Of a stretch of DNA of 64,000 nucleotides, positions 46,802 through 57,350 are shown piece by piece; positions within the stretch are counted from its first letter, which is position 1, and each line of letters starts with the position of its first letter. Source of the stretch: Spirochaetia bacterium (lineage in GTDB: Bacteria; Spirochaetota; Spirochaetia; DSM-27196; Salinispiraceae); the NCBI GenBank assembly GCA_038204425.1, contig JBBRCZ010000001.1, forward strand, positions 32,001 through 96,000. Direction: 5' to 3'. The translations under genes and the position numbers were made by a program. The notes beneath the pieces were generated by a model. The model saw only the letters and a list, made by a program, of their open reading frames with translations, did no database searches and was not told the origin of the DNA.

Positions 46802-49800
46802 ATGAATACCTTATTTGATAGTGTGATTAGTCAAAAGTTCAAGAGTTACTTTCCGTTTAAAGAGTTCGCAGACAGTTTGCAAAACAAAGTGTTCCCGTTG
46901 GCGGTTCACGGTTTACATGGATCTATGTTGGCGCTGATCTGGAATCGCTATTGGCAAAGAGATCAAAAAGGTGCCTTGCTGGTTTTTCCAAGCGAAAAAG
47001 AGGCCGAACAATTTTGCATGGATTGTCAAAGTTTTGATCTACCTTTTTTGCATTTTCCTTGGTGGGGAACAGCGCCTTATCACGACGTCGCCCGTACCTC
47101 GCCAATCTTTGGTAGACGAGTAGAGGTGCTTTCGGCCTTGAGAGGTTCCTACCGGGGTTTAGTGGTTACTAGCGTCAGGGCGCTTTTGAGCAAGTTGCCA
47201 AGCGTCGCAGACCTTGATCAAGCATGCTTTGTTTTGGCAAAAGGAAACGAAGTTAACACCAAAACTTTGGCAGAAAAATTGACTAACATACACTATTTGA
47301 GGGTCAATAGGGTAAGCGTGCCTGGTGAGTTTGCTTTGAGGGGTGAAGTACTTGACCTGTGGATGCCAGGTGATGATTTAGCAATTAGACTTGGTTTGGC
47401 CTTTGACAAGATTGAAGAAATAAGACGATTTGATCCTGTCACTCAGTCCTCGCATGGCAAAGTTGAACAAGTGCGAGTGCATCCTTTTAGAGAGCAGCTC
47501 TGGCAAACTGCCATGTATAGCAAGTTGCGAGACAGACTCGACCGTCTAGCAGAAACCAAACAGCGAGATAGCCGACTCAAAGACGAACTGATGCAAAGCC
47601 TGATCGATGGCAACGCCCGCGGCGAGGAAACATGGTACCCGATTGCCGTCGACAATGCTGCAAGCTTGATCGACTATCTTGATCCAGCTTTGCCAGTGTG
47701 TTTGATAGACTATGAGCGTCTTTATGCGGCAGCAGAAGCACTTGAGCGAGAATACTTAGCAAGTTGGCGCAAGCTCAGGATAGAACAACCTCTCTTGCCT
47801 CGGCCAGAGAGACTTCTGTGGGCACTTGGTGACTTGCAATTGCAAATAAAACGCTTAGTCGTTTTTCCAGTTCTCAACACTGGCACTAGCCGTTTGGACA
47901 ATCCACTCGAGCAGAGCGATGAAGGCTCTGACTTATCTAACGACATGCAAGCGTATTCTTCGCACGAAAAGGCCCGCGAAGATCAAGTTTCAGGCTCCAG
48001 CGAGTCTCCTGAAGATGGCGACGAATGGTTTGGAACCACAGGCGAAGGGCGACAAAAACCACCTCACTTTGAAGCCAAAAAAAAGATCCAGCTCTCCGGT
48101 GAAGGCTCGCGAAGCTGGTTTGGCAACATCAATTTTCTTAAAGACGAATTGTCAGCCAGCATAAAAGCTGGCTACAAAATATTTGTCTTTGCCGAGTCCG
48201 AAGCTCAAGCTGCCCGGATCGATCATCTACTTGGCGATCTCGACGTAAACGTCTTGCCACAACGGATTTCTTCTGGTTTTGCGATCGCTTCGATCGGGCT
48301 TTTGGTTATAGAAGAGAACGAGATTTTTGGCAGACGCAAGCGCATTTCTAGCACGTTGCAGAAAGTTCAAAGTCAGGTTTTGGACACCTTTGTTGATTTG
48401 GAACCGCGTGACTATGTTGTGCACGTAAACCATGGCATAGGAAGGTTTTGCGGCATCAGAAGAATTATGGCTGGTGACACGGAACGAGACTACATAGAGC
48501 TGGAATATGCCGACCAAGAGTTTATTTTTGTACCGATAGAACAAGTCAACTTGGTTCAACGCTACATAGGAAGTCAAGGTGGCGAACCGCGACTCGACAC
48601 GATTGGTGGCAAGTCATGGGAGAAACGCACATCTGCAGTTAGAAAAAGTGTAGAAGATATTGCTGGCCGCCTCATTGAGCTCTATAGCCGACGAAAGAAA
48701 GCGCGTGGCTTTGCTTTTCCGCCCGACAATGAATGGCAGATTGAGTTTGAGTCGAGCTTTCCGTTTGAGGAGACGGAGGACCAGATCAAATGCATCCGTG
48801 AAGTAAAAGAAGACATGGAAAAACCCTTACCCATGGACAGATTGGTCTGTGGCGACGTTGGTTATGGTAAGACCGAAATTGCTTTGAGGGCCGCATTTAA
48901 AGCGGTTAGTGCCGGCAAACAAGTCGCATTTCTGGCGCCAACCACCATTTTGGTTGAGCAGCATTTTGAGGGATTGCTAGAACGAATTAAAGACTTCCCC
49001 GTCAAGATAGGTATGTTGTCTCGATTTGTGCCGCAAAAAGAGCAAAAGAAGGTTCTGGCGCAACTAGCGGATGGCCAAGTTGACATGGTTATTGGCACCC
49101 ACCGTTTGCTGCAGAAAGACGTCGCCTTTAAAGATTTGGGGCTAATTATAGTCGATGAGGAACAGCGTTTTGGGGTCAAAGACAAAGAACGCCTCAAAGA
49201 AATGAAGCATTCGGTGGATAGTTTGACGCTGACGGCCACGCCAATACCAAGAACATTGCATATGAGTCTTTTGAAGATCCGCGACATGTCGGTTTTGCAG
49301 ACACCGCCTTACAATCGCCGTCCAATAGAAACCTGTGTGCGCGGTTTTGATGAACAAACCGTTGCCATGGCTATAAGGCGAGAGATTGAACGAGGTGGAC
49401 AAGTTTTTTACCTCCACAATCGTGTTGAGAGTCTAGAAAACGTGATGCAGTTTATCCAGACAGTTGTTCCCGAAGTAATGGTGGAATGCGCCCACGGGCA
49501 AATGGGTCCAACCGAACTAGAAGACATTATGCACCGCTTTATTCACGGGAGTTTTCAGGTACTAGTAGCGACCACCATTATTGAGAATGGCATCAATATT
49601 CCCAACGTCAATACTATCATTATAGATAGAGCAGATATGTACGGCATAAGCCAACTGTACCAGTTGCGCGGACGGGTTGGGCGTTCTGGTAGGCTAGCCT
49701 ATGCCTATCTTTTGTACCCTGGTGAGCGAGCCCTTTCAGAGCTTGCGATGAAGAGGCTGCAAATTATTTCTGACTACACTGAGCTTGGATCGGGCTTTAA

Positions 49801-50401
49801 GATTGCCCTCAAGGACTTGGAAGTTCGCGGGGCCGGTAACTTGCTTGGCTCTGAACAATCAGGAGAAATTGTGAGCGTCGGTTTTGACCTCTATCTTAAG
49901 CTACTGGACGAGGCAATTCGTCGCTTAGCAAAAGAAGGAAAGGCTGACGAAGAGCAAGAAATTTACCTTGATCTTGAGTACTCGGGCTTTATTCCTGACA
50001 CCTACGTCAGTCAAGCCAGCGATAAAATGGAAGTCTACAAAAAAGTGGCCAGTATAGTTACAACTGCGCAGTTGGAGTCGGTGCATGCCGAACTGACTGA
50101 CCGCTTTGGTCCATTGCCCGACGAAGTTTTGAGCTTACTGGGACTTGCGGAGATCCGCATTCTTTGTAGAAGTCTGCATGTGGTAAGTCTCAAAGAACGC
50201 AAGGGGCAGTTGGAGGTTGAGTTTGGCAAAGTTAGCCAGCTCAATGTAGGAAAAGTTATGGAACTCATTCGTAGTTCGGCCGGAGCAGTTAAGCCTGACC
50301 CGTTGCGCCCTCAGGTCTTGCTCATGAAAACCGAGCACATTGGACTCAAAGAAAAAAGTGAGTTTATTCGTGATAGACTCAATCGATTGGTGTTAGCATG
50401 A
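46802..50401 (+). CDS. mfd: Transcription-repair coupling factor
   Basis: UvrB-like N terminus, RID (VVHVNHGIGRF), GDVGYGKT, DEEQRFG, QLRGRVGRS, TRG motif DLEVRGAGNLLG. Confidence 0.98.
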   Translation: MNTLFDSVISQKFKSYFPFKEFADSLQNKVFPLAVHGLHGSMLALIWNRYWQRDQKGALLVFPSEKEAEQFCMDCQSFDLPFLHFPWWGTAPYHDVARTSPIFGRRVEVLSALRGSYRGLVVTSVRALLSKLPSVADLDQACFVLAKGNEVNTKTLAEKLTNIHYLRVNRVSVPGEFALRGEVLDLWMPGDDLAIRLGLAFDKIEEIRRFDPVTQSSHGKVEQVRVHPFREQLWQTAMYSKLRDRLDRLAETKQRDSRLKDELMQSLIDGNARGEETWYPIAVDNAASLIDYLDPALPVCLIDYERLYAAAEALEREYLASWRKLRIEQPLLPRPERLLWALGDLQLQIKRLVVFPVLNTGTSRLDNPLEQSDEGSDLSNDMQAYSSHEKAREDQVSGSSESPEDGDEWFGTTGEGRQKPPHFEAKKKIQLSGEGSRSWFGNINFLKDELSASIKAGYKIFVFAESEAQAARIDHLLGDLDVNVLPQRISSGFAIASIGLLVIEENEIFGRRKRISSTLQKVQSQVLDTFVDLEPRDYVVHVNHGIGRFCGIRRIMAGDTERDYIELEYADQEFIFVPIEQVNLVQRYIGSQGGEPRLDTIGGKSWEKRTSAVRKSVEDIAGRLIELYSRRKKARGFAFPPDNEWQIEFESSFPFEETEDQIKCIREVKEDMEKPLPMDRLVCGDVGYGKTEIALRAAFKAVSAGKQVAFLAPTTILVEQHFEGLLERIKDFPVKIGMLSRFVPQKEQKKVLAQLADGQVDMVIGTHRLLQKDVAFKDLGLIIVDEEQRFGVKDKERLKEMKHSVDSLTLTATPIPRTLHMSLLKIRDMSVLQTPPYNRRPIETCVRGFDEQTVAMAIRREIERGGQVFYLHNRVESLENVMQFIQTVVPEVMVECAHGQMGPTELEDIMHRFIHGSFQVLVATTIIENGINIPNVNTIIIDRADMYGISQLYQLRGRVGRSGRLAYAYLLYPGERALSELAMKRLQIISDYTELGSGFKIALKDLEVRGAGNLLGSEQSGEIVSVGFDLYLKLLDEAIRRLAKEGKADEEQEIYLDLEYSGFIPDTYVSQASDKMEVYKKVASIVTTAQLESVHAELTDRFGPLPDEVLSLLGLAEIRILCRSLHVVSLKERKGQLEVEFGKVSQLNVGKVMELIRSSAGAVKPDPLRPQVLLMKTEHIGLKEKSEFIRDRLNRLVLA

Positions 50402-51093
50402 AAGAAACCTTAAACGATCGTCATATTAAAAGTTTTGCCCGCCGCACTGGCCACTTTAGCGAACTGCAACAACGCGGTTTTGATCTTTACGCAAAGCCGC
50501 TCTTGCTGCCCTACAGTAAGGAAAAACTGGATTGGGCCAAGATTTTTGGCAATACCAATCCCGTCGCCTTGGAGATTGGTTTTGGCATGGGCCAAACCAG
50601 TTATGACATGGCACTTGCCAATCCAGACTACAACTTTGTTGGCGTTGAAGTTCATACACCCGGGGTGGGAGCCTTGCTTGAGCGCCTTGGTAGCAAGGGC
50701 ATAAACAACTTTCGCATCATCAACCACGATGCAGTTGACGTTCTGCAAAACATGATAGTTGAAGAAAGCTTCGCTAGGCTGCACGTTTTTTTTCCTGATC
50801 CGTGGCCCAAGCTCAAGCACCGCAAACGGCGCCTCATTCAGGCTGAGTTCTTGGATACTGTGGCGCGTTATTGCAAGCCTGGCTGCTTTCTTCATCTGGC
50901 AACCGATTGGCAGCACTATGCCGAGTCAATGCTTAAGGAAATAGCAAGGTCAGAGAACTGGCAACTTTGTGAACAAAACGCAGCAGAAAGACCCATGATA
51001 CGCACATCGAGCGCTTTTGAGCGCAAGGGGCTGGCAAAGAATCACAAAATCTGGGACATTTATGTCTGTAAAAGTCGACTTGATGATATATAA
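50398..51093 (+). CDS. trmB: tRNA (guanine-N7)-methyltransferase
   Basis: LEIGFGMG, GVEVH, FFPDPWPK, HLATDW. Confidence 0.96.
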   Translation: MKETLNDRHIKSFARRTGHFSELQQRGFDLYAKPLLLPYSKEKLDWAKIFGNTNPVALEIGFGMGQTSYDMALANPDYNFVGVEVHTPGVGALLERLGSKGINNFRIINHDAVDVLQNMIVEESFARLHVFFPDPWPKLKHRKRRLIQAEFLDTVARYCKPGCFLHLATDWQHYAESMLKEIARSENWQLCEQNAAERPMIRTSSAFERKGLAKNHKIWDIYVCKSRLDDI

Positions 51094-51126
51094 TTAATTC
51101 TATCAACAATGGTGGGGAGGACAGAA

Positions 51127-52416
51127 ATGCCGCATGCTGAACTAAATATAGATGGTCAAAGATGGGAGTTTCCCGTTATAGAAGGAAGTGAAGGCGAGAA
51201 AGGTATAGACATTAGTACCCTGCGTGACAAAACGGGCTATATTACGCTCGATATTGGTTACCAGAACAGTGGAAGTTGTACCTCAGCCATCACGTTTATC
51301 GATGGTGACAAAGGAATTTTGCGCTATCGCGGCATTGACATTGAAGAACTGTGCTTAAAGTCAACCTTTATTGAGACCTCGTATCTGCTCATTAATGGCA
51401 GGCTTCCAACAGTAAGTGAACGAGGAAATTTTTCTAGATTCTTAACCGAGAGTTCAATGCTGCATCAAGACATGGTCAACTTCTTTTTGACTATGCCTCC
51501 CAACGCTCACCCAATGGCAATCTTGTCTACCATGGTGAGTTCCTTGGCTATCTTCTATCCTAAGTACTATACCGAAGACAAAGACGAAACTACGTTTAAC
51601 ACCATGGCAGCTCGCCTTATTTCCAAGATCCGAACTATTGCCGCCTATAGCTTCAAAAAGAGCATCGGTGATCCGTTTACCTATCCTCGCCATGACTTGG
51701 TCTACTGCGCAAACTTTCTCAATATGATGTTTAACAGCCCGGTTAAACCTTATACGGTGGATCCAGAAGTAGAACGAATTTTGAACATGCTTCTAATTAT
51801 CCACGCGGATCACGAACAGAATTGTTCCACATCAACAGTACGATTGGTGGGCTCAAGTCAAGCCAACTTGTACTCGAGCATTTCGGCAGGCATTAGTGCT
51901 TTGTGGGGCCCATTGCATGGTGGAGCAAATCAACAAGTTTTGGAAATGCTAGAACATATTCACAACAATAAGATTCCTGTCTCGCAAGTTATCGAATCGG
52001 CAAAAGACAAGAATAGTAATTTTAGATTGTCAGGATTTGGGCATCGTGTTTACAAAAACTATGATCCACGTGCCAAGATTCTCAAAGAACAGTGTTTTAA
52101 ACGGGTGTCGTCCAACAAGGGCAATGATCCTCTGCTTGACATCGCACTTGAGCTAGAAGCTGCAGCTCTCAAAGATCAATACTTTGTGGACAGAAAACTT
52201 TACCCCAATGTAGATTTTTACTCAGGCATTATCTATCGCAGCATTGGTATACCAACCAATATGTTTACTGTGATGTTTGCCATGGGAAGAATGCCTGGCT
52301 GGATCGCCCAGTGGAAAGAACTACATGAATCTAAGCCCTTTAAAATTGGCCGCCCGCGCCAGATCTATACTGGCCCAGTCCAGACCAACTACCTGTCCCA
52401 AGCTGAGCGCAAGTAG
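51127..52416 (+). CDS. gltA: Citrate synthase
   Basis: ITFIDGDKGILRYRG, HADHEQNCSTST, GPLHGGAN, GFGHRVYKNYDPR, YPNVDFYSG; GGGAGG SD. Confidence 0.97.
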   Translation: MPHAELNIDGQRWEFPVIEGSEGEKGIDISTLRDKTGYITLDIGYQNSGSCTSAITFIDGDKGILRYRGIDIEELCLKSTFIETSYLLINGRLPTVSERGNFSRFLTESSMLHQDMVNFFLTMPPNAHPMAILSTMVSSLAIFYPKYYTEDKDETTFNTMAARLISKIRTIAAYSFKKSIGDPFTYPRHDLVYCANFLNMMFNSPVKPYTVDPEVERILNMLLIIHADHEQNCSTSTVRLVGSSQANLYSSISAGISALWGPLHGGANQQVLEMLEHIHNNKIPVSQVIESAKDKNSNFRLSGFGHRVYKNYDPRAKILKEQCFKRVSSNKGNDPLLDIALELEAAALKDQYFVDRKLYPNVDFYSGIIYRSIGIPTNMFTVMFAMGRMPGWIAQWKELHESKPFKIGRPRQIYTGPVQTNYLSQAERK

Positions 52417-52447
52417 CAAGTAGAAAAAATAAATACTGGGTGACCTT

Positions 52448-54112
52448 CTAGTTGTCGCCCAGTTCTTTGGCAATATCCATTATCAAGTCGCTGATTCGCT
52501 CAAGTTGCTCCAAGGTATCAATATAAAGCAGTTCGGCCTTGAGCTTGCCACTTTGTTGAATCCGTTTTCTAGCCGCCTTTTTGAGAGAGTTTCTAAAGGT
52601 GTCTAAGCGTGCTTGTTGATCCCACGCGACTTGCAGTTCATCTGGACTCAACTTGGTTGCTAGGTGCTTGCGCACAAAAGCAAGAAACTGATTGATTTCC
52701 TTTATAAACGGTGCGACTTCGACCTGAGACTCATTGGCAAACCAGTGCTGTTTTTCAGCGCATCTAACCAAGGTCTTGGTCAAATCGTTTATGCAGTCCG
52801 CTATCATTTCTAGATCCGAAACAATTTTGAGTAGTCGCGCAAATTGGCGAGCTGTATGGTCTCCGGGTCTGTCATTCTGCGCCTGCGCGATGTAGGCCGA
52901 TATCTCCTCATGCATCTGATCAACGTAAACTTCTAAGTCAAAAATGCCCGCCAGATCAGCCGGAAGAATGCTGTCAGATTTTTCTCTTTCTTGATTATAG
53001 TGAGCAAACATAGCAACTACTTTATCTGCCATACGCAAAGTTTCGTTGCGTGCCGTTACGAGGCTAATTTCTGGCGTCTCATACATACTGGTAGAAACGT
53101 ACCTTAGCTTATACTGATAGCTTTCATCTTCCGGTCTGATGGGAACCATTCGCTCTATCAAGCGAGCAAAGGCCGGAACAAACCAGATAAACAGAAAAGT
53201 ATTAATAATGTTAAAAAGAGTATGGAACAAAGCGATATGTACCGGCATATCCGCCGGACTATTAGCATTACCAGGCATAATCCACTCGACGAAGTTGGTC
53301 AAAAGGCCCAAAGCTGCAAGTGCCCAAACTACTCCAACTACATTAAACATAGTATGCGCCATCGCGGCCTGGCGTGCGACGCGGTTCTGACTAAAGGCTG
53401 CAATTTGTGCAGTGATAGTTGTTCCTATGTTTTCACCGAGACAGAGCGCAGCAGCAGTTTGGAAGTCAATCCAACCCGCGTTTGCCATGGTCAAAGTAAT
53501 GGCCATGGCGGCACTAGAAGACTGTACAATTACAGTTAGTACTGTACCAATGAGTATAAAAATTAGGCTGCTAATTGGCCCAACCTTACTAAGGGACGCT
53601 ATTGATTCCAGAATTGCTGGATATTGTTTTATATCGGGGACAGCGTTCTTTAAGTACATTAGCCCTAAAAACAAGATGCCGAAGCCAATTAGTACATTCC
53701 CCAATGCTTTTTTAGTCGACGACTTCATAAAAACAAAGGGCAGACCAAGGGCAATTATAGGAATTGCAATGTGAGCGATATCAAATTTAAAGCCGAGATA
53801 GCTAACTATCCAAGCGGTTAAAGTTGTGCCAATGTTGGCTCCTAGGATAACGCCAATGGCCTGAACAAGGTTAAGCAAGCCTGCGCTAACAAAACTAACC
53901 ACAAAAACGGTGGTTGCCGAAGATGACTGAATTATTGATGTTACGCCAAGCCCTGTTAGTAGGGCAGTAAAACGGTTGCGGGTCATGTTGGCCATCATAG
54001 CCTGCAAGCGCGACCCGGCTGAGTTTTGAAGGCCATCGCTCATTACTTTCATGCCAAAGAGAAAAAGTCCTAAGCTGCCTACGACTTCAACAATTCCAAG
54101 TATGATACTCAT
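52448..54112 (-). CDS. Na+/phosphate cotransporter (NptA/YjbB family) with PhoU-like C terminus
   Basis: Repeated QSSS motifs, GANIGTT and GENIGTT; helical C-terminal ERISD. Confidence 0.92.
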   Translation of the reverse strand: MSIILGIVEVVGSLGLFLFGMKVMSDGLQNSAGSRLQAMMANMTRNRFTALLTGLGVTSIIQSSSATTVFVVSFVSAGLLNLVQAIGVILGANIGTTLTAWIVSYLGFKFDIAHIAIPIIALGLPFVFMKSSTKKALGNVLIGFGILFLGLMYLKNAVPDIKQYPAILESIASLSKVGPISSLIFILIGTVLTVIVQSSSAAMAITLTMANAGWIDFQTAAALCLGENIGTTITAQIAAFSQNRVARQAAMAHTMFNVVGVVWALAALGLLTNFVEWIMPGNANSPADMPVHIALFHTLFNIINTFLFIWFVPAFARLIERMVPIRPEDESYQYKLRYVSTSMYETPEISLVTARNETLRMADKVVAMFAHYNQEREKSDSILPADLAGIFDLEVYVDQMHEEISAYIAQAQNDRPGDHTARQFARLLKIVSDLEMIADCINDLTKTLVRCAEKQHWFANESQVEVAPFIKEINQFLAFVRKHLATKLSPDELQVAWDQQARLDTFRNSLKKAARKRIQQSGKLKAELLYIDTLEQLERISDLIMDIAKELGDN

Positions 54113-54300
54113 GCGATACCTCAAAATAAAACATTGGAACAAGGAAAGAAAGAGTCAACGAGACATTTTTAATGGCCCCATATTACGGTAGAGCCAAGGA
54201 TTAAACAACACTGATTCCGAGCTTGCTGCAAAAAAACTAAGCGCCAATTAGCTTTTTGGTATTGCTTGCCCAGTCCAGCAATTCTGATTAGACTCAGCTT

Positions 54301-55023
54301 ATGAACCAAGAAACAAGATTGCGTAACCTCATCCGACTCTTTTTTAGTGCCGTTGTCATAGTGACGGTTTTGTCACTATCACTTAGTTCTTGTAATCGAG
54401 CAGCATCAACTAACTCGCTAGGTTTTGGGCCATTGCTTAACGCGCCCTATGCCCAGATACATCAGATATTTGGCTACAAGACGGGTGATTCGCACCGAAT
54501 AGACACTGCAGACGAAGTAAGCAGGCCTTTTGTGGCTGTTTTTTGGCAGTTGCGTAAAGACCAAAGGCGTGCACTCTTGCTAACTATGGCTTATCCAGCC
54601 TTCATACAATTTGTTGAAGAAACGCTTGATTCAATCAACCCAGAAAAGAACGAAGGCAGAGTCACCGTTAGCGACCCAGTTTTTTTTGAACAGTTTATGG
54701 AACTTGTTGAGGTCGTTAATTCGCGTTTTGATATCGGAATAGGCGCCAGTTTACGTTTATCAGGGATTAGATATCTCCTAGCCGTAGAAAAAGATAGTTC
54801 TGGAGGCAAGATACTTAACCTAATAGAACGCAAGGGAAGCCAAAAATCAAGTGAATTAGCGACAGTGCCTGACTACCTCAAGCCGTCGCTTGCGGAACTC
54901 TCCTGGCGAGTTATAACCGTCAATGAAGACGGTGAAAAAACAGCCCGTTTTTTCACTGTAGAGCCTAATCTTCTACGTGACATTCATCTGATAAGAGCAC
55001 TTTACGGTCCACAAGAGCTCTGA
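54301..55023 (+). CDS. Hypothetical lipoprotein
   Basis: Lipobox LSSC after a hydrophobic stretch; promoter TTGCCC-17-TAGACT-6nt-ATG. Confidence 0.72.
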   Translation: MNQETRLRNLIRLFFSAVVIVTVLSLSLSSCNRAASTNSLGFGPLLNAPYAQIHQIFGYKTGDSHRIDTADEVSRPFVAVFWQLRKDQRRALLLTMAYPAFIQFVEETLDSINPEKNEGRVTVSDPVFFEQFMELVEVVNSRFDIGIGASLRLSGIRYLLAVEKDSSGGKILNLIERKGSQKSSELATVPDYLKPSLAELSWRVITVNEDGEKTARFFTVEPNLLRDIHLIRALYGPQEL

Positions 55024-55052
55024 CCGTCAAAGATCCGTTGCACACTAAGTTG

Positions 55053-57089
55053 TCATTTCTTTACGATCTTTTTTTCAAAGTGACTAAATTCCATCGAACA
55101 GGTTCCACGACCTTGGGTCAGGCTACGAAGAGCAGTAGAATAGCCAAACATTGCTTCTAACGGCGCTTGGGCGCTGATGTGTTCTACGTTGAGACGACTT
55201 TCAACTTCGTTGATCAGACCACCGCGCATGCTGATACTGTTGATTACTTCTCCCATAAATTCCTTTGGACAGACGAGTATAAGTTTCATCACGGGGCTCA
55301 ACAAATGCGGGTCTGCTTTGCGACAAGCAGCATCATACGCCATGTTTGCACAGGCTTCAAAAGCAAACTCACTGCTGGTTTCTTCCCTAAATTCAACGTC
55401 TATCAGGCTTACCTGAACATCAATGCAGGGATAGCCCATGTTGATACCAGAAGAGAAACTCGACTCAATGCCGCGTCTAATTGCTTCTGAGTAGAGCTCA
55501 GGCAATATCCCTGATTTTAGTTTGTCACTATATAAGTTGCCTTGGCCACGTTGTGCTGGAGAAACCTCTAGGCTAATCGAAACAGCGTATTCTTTACCGC
55601 CAATAACTTTGTTAAAGAGTTCGGTATGAGCATGAGTGATGCCAATACTTTCGCGATAGGTAACTTGAGGTTTGCCCAGCTTGGCGCCAACTTTAAACTC
55701 GTCGATAACTCTGGTTGTAATTACGTCTAAGTGTAGTTCTCCCATTCCGGAAATGATAACTTCCCCAGTCTCGGGGTCTTCACGCCAAAAGAAAGTTGGG
55801 TCTTCGCGGCTTAATAGATCAAGCACTGTCTTTAGTTTGTCTCGTTCAGAAAGAGTTCTTGGCTCCATTGCTGCGGAAATTACAGGCTCTGGAAAGTGCA
55901 TTCGTTCCAGGATAACTGGTACGCCTTCACTTCCAATCGTGTCCCCAGTTTGTGCGAGCTTAAAACCAACCACTACGCCAATGTCGCCTGCGCGCAACTC
56001 TTCTATCTGTTCATTGCGATTAGCATGCATGCGTAAGAGACGATTTATTCGCTCTCTCTTTTTCTTTGAAACGTTGTAAATTGCCTCACCAGATTTTATT
56101 ACCCCTGAGTACACACGGATATAACATAGCGCTCCTGCTTCTCGATCATTAAAAATCTTAAAGATCAGGGCCGAAGCGATTCCCTTGTCATTGCGCTCAA
56201 GCAGGTAGTCTTCGTCTTTTTTTGCATGATGGGTAGTAATAGCAGGGAGTTCGTCAGGTGAAGGCAGGAAGGCAAGCACCGCATCAAGAACTGGTTGAAT
56301 GCCAATGTTTCTAAGCGAAGCTCCGCACAAGACTGGTACAATGGCTCTGGCAATTGTAAGTTTTCGTAGTTCGGCAATCAGTAAAGAAGGCTGAATATCT
56401 CCACCTTCTAGGACTAAGTTGGTTAGTTGATCGTTTTCCGACGTCAACCTATCTATAAGTTTTTCTCTTGCGATCTGAGCGCTTTCGATAAGCTCTTGTC
56501 TGATTTCTTTCTGATGAATAGTGCTTCCGTTGTCCTGATCGTCCCAATGAAGCTCCTTCATTATTATTAGGTCTATGCAGCCTTCAAACTCAGCTTCCGC
56601 GCCAATGGGGACTTGTATAGGCAAAGGGTTGCAGGAAAATTTTTGCTGCATCTCTTCTATAACAGCAAAAAAATCGGCGCCTATTCGATCCATCTTATTT
56701 ATGTAGGCTATTCTCGCCACACTATATCGATCTGCTTGGTGCCAGACGGTTTCACTCTGAGGCTCAACACCGCCAACTGCACAGAAGATGCCTACTGCAC
56801 CATCAAGTACGCGAAGTGAGCGCTCTACTTCGGCTGTAAAGTCAACATGTCCTGGGGTGTCAATAATATTAATTTGATAGTCGCGCCAAAAGCAGGTTGT
56901 TGCCGCAGATGTGATAGTGATACCGCGGTTTTGCTCCTGCTCCATCCAATCCATGGTCGCGTTGCCGTCATCTACTTGCCCAATACGATGACTCTTACCA
57001 GTGAAGTAGAGTATGCGTTCCGTTGTGGTCGTTTTTCCAGCATCAATGTGAGCCATGATGCCAATATTTCTTACATGATTGCCTGACAT
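55053..57089 (-). CDS. fusA: Elongation factor G paralogue (stand-alone, EF-G2-like)
   Basis: [36 protein letters not shown]; not flanked by rpsL/rpsG/tuf; divergent domain IV. Confidence 0.93.
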   Translation of the reverse strand: MSGNHVRNIGIMAHIDAGKTTTTERILYFTGKSHRIGQVDDGNATMDWMEQEQNRGITITSAATTCFWRDYQINIIDTPGHVDFTAEVERSLRVLDGAVGIFCAVGGVEPQSETVWHQADRYSVARIAYINKMDRIGADFFAVIEEMQQKFSCNPLPIQVPIGAEAEFEGCIDLIIMKELHWDDQDNGSTIHQKEIRQELIESAQIAREKLIDRLTSENDQLTNLVLEGGDIQPSLLIAELRKLTIARAIVPVLCGASLRNIGIQPVLDAVLAFLPSPDELPAITTHHAKKDEDYLLERNDKGIASALIFKIFNDREAGALCYIRVYSGVIKSGEAIYNVSKKKRERINRLLRMHANRNEQIEELRAGDIGVVVGFKLAQTGDTIGSEGVPVILERMHFPEPVISAAMEPRTLSERDKLKTVLDLLSREDPTFFWREDPETGEVIISGMGELHLDVITTRVIDEFKVGAKLGKPQVTYRESIGITHAHTELFNKVIGGKEYAVSISLEVSPAQRGQGNLYSDKLKSGILPELYSEAIRRGIESSFSSGINMGYPCIDVQVSLIDVEFREETSSEFAFEACANMAYDAACRKADPHLLSPVMKLILVCPKEFMGEVINSISMRGGLINEVESRLNVEHISAQAPLEAMFGYSTALRSLTQGRGTCSMEFSHFEKKIVKK

Positions 57090-57350
57090 GTGTTTCCGCC
57101 TTGGATACCTGAAAAGGAATGAATATGCAGGTTCTTGCAAAAGTAATTTTTGTGTTCCCTGCGCCATGGAAATTTCAAAGACTCTTGAAATTGCTTCTAT
57201 TTAGGCTACTATACCATGCTAATCAAACGATTGTCGAAGGGGCATTGCATTTTCTGTACAATAACAGACAATTAAATCATGGTGTTCGTAAATTATATAG
57301 TTCGCTAGTGCAGTGATTTGCATTGGCACAAGTAAAAAAGGAATGAAGTT

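Noticed and set aside
57171..57192. Palindrome AATTTCAA-N6-TTGAAATT upstream of the EF-G paralogue
   Set aside because: AT-rich, seen once and unlike the lactate permease palindrome; cannot be separated from chance or a simple leader hairpin.
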